Source of the DNA: an uncultured Roseobacteraceae bacterium
GTDB taxonomy: Bacteria; Bacteroidota; Bacteroidia; Cytophagales; Flammeovirgaceae
Direction: 5' to 3'
DNA: 26,204 bases
Assembly (NCBI GenBank): GCA_964444995.1
Contig: CAYUJH010000001.1
Location: 1 to 26,204 of the forward strand
Shown here: positions 16,996 to 23,701 of the stretch, piece by piece
Layout: the number at the start of each line of letters is the position of its first letter
Position numbering within the stretch: the first letter of the stretch is position 1
Translations under genes and position numbers: made by a program
Notes under the pieces: model-generated
The model's database searches: none
What the model saw: the letters and a program-made list of their open reading frames with translations, nothing else
What the model was told of the DNA's origin: nothing

Positions 16996-19019
16996 TCTTC
17001 CGAAGAGGTGTAGCGCACAATTTTTTCGTATAGTACGTGCTTATCGAAGGGCTTGAAGATGTAGTCGTCCATACCGGCGGCGTAACAGCGTTCGGCTTCG
17101 CCTTTTAGCGCAGAGGCCGTCATGGCGATGATAGGCACTTGGCTTTTGGCTACGTTGAGGTCTTTGCGGATAGCTTTTGTGGTGTCGTAGCCGTCGAGTT
17201 CGGGCATGTGCACATCCATTAGCACGAGGTCGTAATGTTTTTGTTTGAACATTTCGAGGGCTTTTTTTCCATCTTCTGCTACATCTACTTGGTAGTTCCA
17301 TTTTTTGAGAAAACTTACCACTACTTTTTGATTTACCTCGTTGTCTTCCGCTACTAGGATAGCTTTTGCCGTTCCTTGGCGGGGAATGAGCGGCACTTTG
17401 GTAGTAGGTTTGCCTACGAGCGACTCTTTATTTTTCTTGTAGGGGATATCGAACGAAAAAGTGCTTCCTTTTCCCATTTCGCTTTCCAAGAACATCTGTC
17501 CGTTTTGCAGCTCTACCAATTTGCGCGAGATGGTCAGTCCTAGCCCTGTACCGCCGTATTTGCGAGTCGTGGAGGTAGAGGCCTGTGTGAAACTGCTAAA
17601 AATGAGTTCGAACTTGTTGCGCGGGATGCCAATTCCGGTATCTTTTACAAAGAAGCGGAGCGTAACGGTATCCTCGTCTTCGCTGATGACTTTCGTGCCG
17701 AGCGTAATGCTGCCCTTGATGGTAAATTTAATAGCATTGCTAAGCAGATTAAGTAAAATTTGACCCAAGCGCACAGGGTCGCCAAGTACGGTTTTAGGAA
17801 TATCTGGTGCTAAATCTACGAGGACGGCTAGTTTTTTTTCTTCTAGGCGAGGTCTGCAGATTTCGATAGTAGTTTGTACGGTGGAAGCAGGGCGAAGGAC
17901 GGTTTCTTCAAAGACAAACTTGCCCGACTCTATTTTCGACACGTCGAGCACATCGTTGATAAGCACCATGAGATGCTCGGCAGAGTTTCTCATAATCTGA
18001 AAGAATTCATTTTGCTCTTTATTGAGTTCGGTTTCTTCCAGATGTTGCAGCGTGCCTACGATGCCGTTCATCGGCGTGCGTATTTCATGACTCATGTTAG
18101 CCAAAAATTCTTGCTTTGCTCTTGCCGAGCGTTCGGCAGCCTCTGCGGAAAGTTCGGCAGCTTTTGCCGAGCGTTCGGCGATTTCCTTGGCTTCTACGAG
18201 TTCTTTGTTTTGCTGCTCTATCTCGGCGAGTCTTTGCTCAATTTCTGCCAGCATCTGGTTAAATCCTTCGATAAGTATGCCGATTTCGTCGCTTCTATCT
18301 TGCTGAATTCGAATGGAGTAGTCGCGTTTGTTAGAGATTTGGTGGGTAATATGGCTTAGGTCAAGGATAGGCTTTGAAACAATTTTTTGCAGGTTGATAG
18401 AGAGCAAAAAGGTAAATACGGAGGTAATGAGCAAAATGGACAGCACCACTACGGCGTAGTTGAAATAGCGGTCGGCGAGCATATCGAGGTTAGCACGCAG
18501 ATAGACCGTGCTAATTTTTTCGTTTTCATCCTTGATAGGCACGTACACCTCTAGGTAGTTCTGAAATAGCTGAAAATTCACATCTTCTTCTACGAAAGGA
18601 GGGATGAAGCCTTGCAGAACGATGCCGGTAGTATCTTGCATGAGCAAGGCTGCTACGTTGCGTACACTGTCGGGGAGGTTGCTGACTACTTGCCGGTCGT
18701 AGAGGGCAAAGAGTTGGTTGTTGCCATCGAAAATACAGCCGTGGGTAATGCGGCCATCGTTATGAAGAATCCGCAGAAGACTCTCTACGGCCGATATTTG
18801 GTTGTTAAACCGTACCGTTACGTCATTTTGGTTGCCTACTATGGCGGCGGTCTGTTTTAGGTCTTCGATAGTCTGCTGCCGGGTGTTGAGAAAATCGAGC
18901 ACAAGGAAGGCTAAAAATGCAAATAGCAGCGAGAACACACTTGCTACCATTAAAAGCAAGGTTATTTTATTTTTGATAGACGACTTGCCGCCGAAGAAAA
19001 TAGGTTTACTTATTCCCAT
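16992..19019 (-). CDS. Membrane-bound hybrid sensor histidine kinase: TM1 - CHASE8-like periplasmic domain - TM2 - HAMP - HisKA - HATPase_c - REC
   Basis: H-box FLANMSHEIRTPMNG, N-box QILLNLLSNAIKFT, G1 VKDTGIGI, G2 GGTGLGLTIS; REC ILVAEDN...DLVLMDVHMP...AMTA...YIFKPF; HAMP PILDL...DYSIR...DEIGILIEGFNQML. The YfiN-like sensor assignment is from recalled similarity plus the adjacent YfiR. Confidence 0.93.
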   Translation of the reverse strand: MGISKPIFFGGKSSIKNKITLLLMVASVFSLLFAFLAFLVLDFLNTRQQTIEDLKQTAAIVGNQNDVTVRFNNQISAVESLLRILHNDGRITHGCIFDGNNQLFALYDRQVVSNLPDSVRNVAALLMQDTTGIVLQGFIPPFVEEDVNFQLFQNYLEVYVPIKDENEKISTVYLRANLDMLADRYFNYAVVVLSILLITSVFTFLLSINLQKIVSKPILDLSHITHQISNKRDYSIRIQQDRSDEIGILIEGFNQMLAEIEQRLAEIEQQNKELVEAKEIAERSAKAAELSAEAAERSARAKQEFLANMSHEIRTPMNGIVGTLQHLEETELNKEQNEFFQIMRNSAEHLMVLINDVLDVSKIESGKFVFEETVLRPASTVQTTIEICRPRLEEKKLAVLVDLAPDIPKTVLGDPVRLGQILLNLLSNAIKFTIKGSITLGTKVISEDEDTVTLRFFVKDTGIGIPRNKFELIFSSFTQASTSTTRKYGGTGLGLTISRKLVELQNGQMFLESEMGKGSTFSFDIPYKKNKESLVGKPTTKVPLIPRQGTAKAILVAEDNEVNQKVVVSFLKKWNYQVDVAEDGKKALEMFKQKHYDLVLMDVHMPELDGYDTTKAIRKDLNVAKSQVPIIAMTASALKGEAERCYAAGMDDYIFKPFDKHVLYEKIVRYTSSED
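18122..18184 (-). repeat. Three imperfect 21-nt tandem units (heptad duplications) in the kinase signalling helix
   Basis: ttgccgagcgttcggcagcct / ctgcggaaagttcggcagctt / ttgccgagcgttcggcgattt, encoding AERSAK-AAELSAE-AAERSAR. Confidence 0.75.
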
Positions 19020-19572
19020 ACGCCTCTATTGCTTTTGCCATTTGCCATAGCCGAGAATCTATGATTAGTCGAGCACTGTTGGCAGCATCGGAATTGATAG
19101 TGAACCGGTTGCGCATGTCTATGTTCATGATACCTCCGTTGGCACAAAAATCATCGATATCATCGCCTACCGTCAGGATACCTTGCCCCCGGTAGCGAAA
19201 ACTGTTAATTTCTGCTAATATTTCGCGTGCTTCGTATTCTTTGGATTTTGTAACAAAAATGATGTGGCTTCCTTTGAGGCCTGAAAGCGTATTGGCGCGT
19301 TTTATCTCCCACGTTTTGCCTCGGATTCTTCTGTTTTTTAGGGTGTTTTCGATGATGTCGCCGAAGGGGTCGTCGCCAAGAATACCTAGAACAATTTTAT
19401 CTTGACTGCTAATTTTTTCGGGCCAAGTTACAAAGCGTGCGAAGTTATAGAGCATCATGCCGCGTATCTCGTATGCGCTAAATTGAGCCTGTGCCTTTTG
19501 ACTGCCCACGCCGAGCGCAAGCAGCAGAAACAGTAAGAAAATTCTCAGGCTATTTTGGAAGACAGTTTTCAA
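19006..19572 (-). CDS. YfiR/HmsC-family (DUF4154) periplasmic protein
   Basis: 188 aa, TTG start, signal peptide ending AQA-Q. Family motifs EIRGMMLYNFARFVTWP, LGILGDDPFG, HIIFV, ILTVGD..DFCANGGIMNI, FTINSDAA. Overlaps the kinase start by 14 nt. Confidence 0.88.
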   Translation of the reverse strand: MKTVFQNSLRIFLLFLLLALGVGSQKAQAQFSAYEIRGMMLYNFARFVTWPEKISSQDKIVLGILGDDPFGDIIENTLKNRRIRGKTWEIKRANTLSGLKGSHIIFVTKSKEYEAREILAEINSFRYRGQGILTVGDDIDDFCANGGIMNIDMRNRFTINSDAANSARLIIDSRLWQMAKAIEAYGNK

Positions 19573-19597
19573 GCGTTATTCGGTTTAGAAGGCTTCA

Positions 19598-19605
19598 CAA
19601 ATATA
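19598..19605 (-). promoter_or_regulatory. Candidate -7 element (TATATTTG) upstream of the YfiR-family gene
   Basis: Reverse complement of CAAATATA; TTG at 19628-19630 is 22 nt upstream (slightly long spacer). Lies within an AT-rich inverted repeat CACAAA...TTTGTG. Confidence 0.45.
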
Positions 19606-19626
19606 TTTTTTTTGTGGATACGCGTC

Positions 19627-21951
19627 TCAATTATTTGTTACCCCGAATAGACTTACTTCAACAAGCAAACCAGAGTTGCCTTCCTTATTAGCTAAGGGTT
19701 GTAAATTCCCAAAGGAAATGCGCTCGGGCGATATGCCTCGGCGCTGGAAAAGTTGCTGAAGTTGGTCGAGCACTGAGTTGTAGGCTCCTTGCGAGGCAGG
19801 CAGGCCGTAGCCGTTTATTTTCAACGAAATTTGAGCATTGTTTTCTAAAAATGAACAAACCTCCTCAAAATCACTTAGCTGGTCATCGCTCAGTTTGCCT
19901 GTATTTTCCGAGAGCGCAAGCGTATGGGCAAGAAGCGTACGCCCTTCCTGACTGCCTACCATGCTTTGGGTAAATACCAGCTTATTAGAGGTGATAGGAT
20001 TCATCATATCGGTAAGTATTTCGGCGTTGCTTTTTTCGAAGGCCTCGCCGACCATATCAAACAGCTTGTTGTATCGTTGCATGTCGTCTTGTGCAAAGCG
20101 GGCGTCTTCGGGAAAAGCATTTCGGGGGTCTTCCAGCTCGTTGAGGCGTAACCAGCCCTCGGTGTCGGCGTTGTTTACTAAGTATTGCAGCAGCAAACCG
20201 AGCGCATCGTAGCGCAGTTCGGTCGTATCTTTGGGCATTTGCTCGAACAGTCTAATTGAAGATGCCTTGGTAATTGAGTTGGGAAGTTTTCCTACTACTT
20301 TGCCGAAGAGTTTGTACTCGTTGAGGTAGATTTCTTGGCTAAATTCGTAGCTGTATGTGTTCTCGGGTATATCGAGATCCACCGTGGCGATTTCTACCGG
20401 GCTTTTTCCCTCCCCAAGGCTGACCTCTACGGCGAGTCTGTAAGAGCGTGCCGGCCGCAAGATAGCCACATAGTTGCCCGATACCGTATCGGGGTCATAG
20501 ACATACCGCTCTATGGCGTTGGTGCCCAAATCGGTAACCTTTAAGTACGCTGGTAATTTTTTATCGCCCTGCTGTACTTTCATGCTGCCGGTGAGCATAG
20601 TAAGTGCAACTTCTTTGCGCGGCTTGAAAATACTAACGATGTCGTGCCCGCCGAGCGATTGTGTATTGTCGATTCGGTTAGACGACAGGTAGGAGTATTG
20701 TTCATCGGGTACTTGGGTGAAGTAGTCGTCGTCGAACACCGAGTTGATAGGATAGCCCAAGTTGCGGGGCAGGCTCCAGCTGCCATCATCTTCTCGGTCG
20801 CTCAAAAAAATATCCAGTCCGCCCATAGAGCCTTTCTGGTCGGAGCTAAAGTAGAGGCTACGCGTATCGGGATGCACAAAAGGATTAATTTCGTTTTGGG
20901 GAGAGTTGACCTGCGCTCCGAGGTTTTCAGGCTCGCCCCAATCTTTGCCTGCTCTTGTGCTTCGGTATAGATCGAAGCCACCTAAGCCGCCCGGCCGATT
21001 GCTCGCAAAATAAATTGCGTTGCCGGATTCTGAAAAACATGCGCCGCGTTCTTCGTATTTCGAGTTTATTTTGCCCGAAATTTTACGAGGATTCCCCCAT
21101 TTGCCGCGTTTGTGTTCGCTGATGTACAGGTCGCCATATTCTTGCCCCTCTTCGGCTATGCTCAAAAGCAGCATACTGTTATCCGACGAGAGGGAGAGCG
21201 TGGTGATTTTTCTGCCACGTAGCTCGCCGCTGAGTGGAAAGCCCCAGTCGAGGCCGCGCCGAAACGAAGTAAAGACCGATTCTTCTTCCTGCTGTGCGTC
21301 GGTGGGTAGTAGAAAGGCCTGCTCGTCGTTGAGGACAAGCTGAACGGTGTTGTCGGGCCGGTCGGAACTAAAGATAAGCATACGGCGGTCGTTGGAAATA
21401 AGGGGCGCGTACTCGCGGTACGAGGTGTTCACCGGGTAGTCGATTACCTGTACAAGGTACTGATTCTTAGGGCGTTTTAGGTATCTTTCGCCGTCTTCGC
21501 ACATTTCTATCCAGCGCTTTGTATCGCCGAAGGTATCGGGCAGATTTTTCTTATCGAGTTCGTCGATGTAGCGGTTAAAGGCGTTTATGGCATCGATGAA
21601 ACGATAGTCGCGGTGGTAACAACGTCCTAAGTAGTAGTGTACCTGCTCGGGGACTTGTCCGTTGTTGTGCCGTTGGGCTAGCTCGAAATATTCTCGAGCT
21701 TTGCGGCTGTTGTGGTTAGGAGAGTGAAAATAGCAAATCCCTATTTTGTAGAGCAGTAGAGGATCTTGAATTTCTTTAGAGAACAGAGTCATGTAAAGTT
21801 TCCACGCACTCGCATAGTCTGCTGCCTCCAAGTACTCGTCTGCGAGTTCCATATCGCTCGGTGCGTTGTCCTGCGCGACGCAAAAATTACCTACCGACAG
21901 CGTCAAGGGAGCACAAACCAATATGCGAAGAATATATTTTTTTAAACTCAT
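19627..21951 (-). CDS. PorE-like periplasmic protein: TPRs - PD40/TolB-like propeller - beta-sandwich - degenerate OmpA_C-like domain
   Basis: Start re-called at ATG 21951 (MSLKKYIL...CVA-Q, signal peptide I). TPRs LLYKIGICYF and VHYYLGRCYH; PD40 repeats EYAPLISNDRRMLIFSSDRP, ACFSESGNAIYFASNRPGGLGGFDLY, NPFVHPDTRSLYFSS..GSMGGLDIF; C-terminal LKINGY...LFQRRGISPERI. Confidence 0.85.
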   Translation of the reverse strand: MSLKKYILRILVCAPLTLSVGNFCVAQDNAPSDMELADEYLEAADYASAWKLYMTLFSKEIQDPLLLYKIGICYFHSPNHNSRKAREYFELAQRHNNGQVPEQVHYYLGRCYHRDYRFIDAINAFNRYIDELDKKNLPDTFGDTKRWIEMCEDGERYLKRPKNQYLVQVIDYPVNTSYREYAPLISNDRRMLIFSSDRPDNTVQLVLNDEQAFLLPTDAQQEEESVFTSFRRGLDWGFPLSGELRGRKITTLSLSSDNSMLLLSIAEEGQEYGDLYISEHKRGKWGNPRKISGKINSKYEERGACFSESGNAIYFASNRPGGLGGFDLYRSTRAGKDWGEPENLGAQVNSPQNEINPFVHPDTRSLYFSSDQKGSMGGLDIFLSDREDDGSWSLPRNLGYPINSVFDDDYFTQVPDEQYSYLSSNRIDNTQSLGGHDIVSIFKPRKEVALTMLTGSMKVQQGDKKLPAYLKVTDLGTNAIERYVYDPDTVSGNYVAILRPARSYRLAVEVSLGEGKSPVEIATVDLDIPENTYSYEFSQEIYLNEYKLFGKVVGKLPNSITKASSIRLFEQMPKDTTELRYDALGLLLQYLVNNADTEGWLRLNELEDPRNAFPEDARFAQDDMQRYNKLFDMVGEAFEKSNAEILTDMMNPITSNKLVFTQSMVGSQEGRTLLAHTLALSENTGKLSDDQLSDFEEVCSFLENNAQISLKINGYGLPASQGAYNSVLDQLQQLFQRRGISPERISFGNLQPLANKEGNSGLLVEVSLFGVTNN

Positions 21952-22093
21952 CGGATTACTTTCAATAAAACTAAACACCTAACGACACTTGGGGCCAATT
22001 ATTGAACAAAAAATGGAAGGTTTTACTCCTTTCACTTTCCTTTTTGCAGATGCGATGCCCAAGTGTGTGCAATGAGCTGTCCGAAACTTTTCC

Positions 22094-22101
22094 CAAATGT
22101 A
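22094..22101 (-). promoter_or_regulatory. Candidate -7 element (TACATTTG) upstream of the PorE-like gene
   Basis: Reverse complement of CAAATGTA in the intergenic region; no clear -33 element. Confidence 0.3.
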
Positions 22102-22197
22102 CGCGCTCAAACCATTCGCTTGGTGCATTTGCACGAAAAGATGAGAATATGCTAAAAAAGGAGGGCATTTTTGGGCAGCGAAGTGCTAGAATGCAAC

Positions 22198-22254
22198 AGC
22201 CCCCCTTTGCCAAGTTGCCGCGCTGAATAGCGGTGGCAGGCGCAAAGGGGGGCT
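22198..22254. repeat. Long GC-rich inverted repeat (57-nt hairpin) downstream of the beta-propeller gene
   Basis: AGCCCCCCTTTGC (22198-22210) is the exact reverse complement of GCAAAGGGGGGCT (22242-22254); inner stem TTGCCGCGCT/AGCGGTGGCAG with GAAT loop; no T-tract on either side. Confidence 0.8.
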
Positions 22255-22279
22255 ATGGAAAAACGAAGCCGTAAAGCGC

Positions 22280-23560
22280 CTATGTACCCGACTTGGATAC
22301 CTTTAGTACTAGGGCTTCGTAGCCACTTTCTGCATCGTTGAGCAGGCCTGCTGCTACAATGCCGTCATCGTCGGCTTCTACTACCGAAAAGGCACGCTGT
22401 TCACTGCCATCCCCCAACGATTTTTGCCACACCTCTTTGCCTGTTTTATCTACTTTTACAAGGAACACCTTGTAGTTCTCGGCGGTCGCACCGGTACCGT
22501 TTGTGCCCTCTTTTACCACCTGCGTATAGCCTGCCGCCACAAAGTTACCATCTCTTGTTTCTATCACGTCGTAGAGTTCGTCGGTGCTCATTCCTCCGAA
22601 GGCTTTGTTCCATTGCTCATTGCCTTCTTTATCGGTTTTGATGAGCCAGCCGTCGAGACTAGCCACGGCAAAGGAGTAGGTATAACCGGCTATAAGGTAG
22701 CCACCGTCGCTCGTTTGGATAAGGGAGTTACTCATTTCATTGTCGCCCCCGCCAAATGTGCGGCTCCAAGTTAGCTCGCCATTGGTATCTATGTGCAGAA
22801 GCCATATGTCCCACTTGCCGTTGCCTTCCGACTCGGTATGGCCTACGAGTGTGTACCCTCCTTCTACTTTTACAAGGGCAGCCCCCTCTTCGCTTTTATC
22901 GCCGCCGTAGGTCTTCTCCCATTGCCGCTCGCCTGTTTCGCTGATTTTTACAAGGAAAATATCGGACGACTCTTTTTCTAGGCTTAGGGTTGAGCCAAGG
23001 ACGAGAAAGCCGCCATCGTGTGCCGGTACGATACTCCGCGCCTCGTCGATGCTTACCTCCGAACCGCTGTGCGAATAGGTTTTATTCCATAGTTCGTTGC
23101 CTTGCGCATCCACGCGCACTACCCACATATCTTTCAGCCCAGGGCCGCCGCCGTACGAGTCGGAGTTGCCCACAATCACAAAGTCGCCGTTGGGCAATTC
23201 TATCCCACGCGTGGCTTCGTCGGACTCGTTGCCGCCAATTTTCTTTTCCCATACCACGCCCCCTTGTGCAGTAAGGCGCAGCAGATACATGTGCGTAGCG
23301 CCACTCGCCGTGGCTGTGCGCCCTATCACCAAAAAACCGCCGGAAGATACGTTGATAATATCTTGCGCGGCATCGTAGCCTTTACCGCCGAAGGTGAGCC
23401 AAAAGTTGCTATGAGGCTGGCCTACATGAGTTGCCGCAGGCGTAGAGACGTGCGCGAGGGGAGGCGATGCATGCAGCACCGGAAAAAGCGAAGGGCTTGC
23501 CATGGCTGTTTGAAGACCTAACAGTATTGCACCAAGTAGCCCACGTATTACACATTTCAT
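22280..23560 (-). CDS. Secreted/periplasmic seven-bladed beta-propeller repeat protein
   Basis: Start re-called at ATG 23560 (MKCVIRGLLGAILLGLQTAMA-S signal peptide). Seven repeats of about 50-60 aa, W-x-K-T-[YF]-G-G...D-[EA]...[TS]-x-D-G-G-[FY]-x-x-x-G...D-x-W-L-x-K-x-D-x-x-G. Confidence 0.88.
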   Translation of the reverse strand: MKCVIRGLLGAILLGLQTAMASPSLFPVLHASPPLAHVSTPAATHVGQPHSNFWLTFGGKGYDAAQDIINVSSGGFLVIGRTATASGATHMYLLRLTAQGGVVWEKKIGGNESDEATRGIELPNGDFVIVGNSDSYGGGPGLKDMWVVRVDAQGNELWNKTYSHSGSEVSIDEARSIVPAHDGGFLVLGSTLSLEKESSDIFLVKISETGERQWEKTYGGDKSEEGAALVKVEGGYTLVGHTESEGNGKWDIWLLHIDTNGELTWSRTFGGGDNEMSNSLIQTSDGGYLIAGYTYSFAVASLDGWLIKTDKEGNEQWNKAFGGMSTDELYDVIETRDGNFVAAGYTQVVKEGTNGTGATAENYKVFLVKVDKTGKEVWQKSLGDGSEQRAFSVVEADDDGIVAAGLLNDAESGYEALVLKVSKSGT

Positions 23561-23701
23561 AGAGTTATATTTGTTTAATTTTTGAGTCAAAGCAAGACAT
23601 TTCAACAACGCCAAAAACTTGAATTGTTGCTAAGTATGCACCTACACAACGGATACTTAACAAATTTTATTTTTCAATACGCGGCCTCTGTGCTTGCTGG
23701 C

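Noticed and set aside
22002-22226. 74-aa plus-strand ORF (and 80-aa minus-strand ORF 21971-22213) in the propeller/PorE-like gap as a small protein or toxin
   Set aside because: No recognisable motif; they overlap a candidate promoter and the large hairpin. Cannot be supported without conservation data.
22280-23560. Regularly spaced repeats in the propeller gene considered as a CRISPR or DNA repeat array
   Set aside because: The repeats are at protein level with diverged nucleotides; no identical direct repeats with unique spacers and no cas genes.
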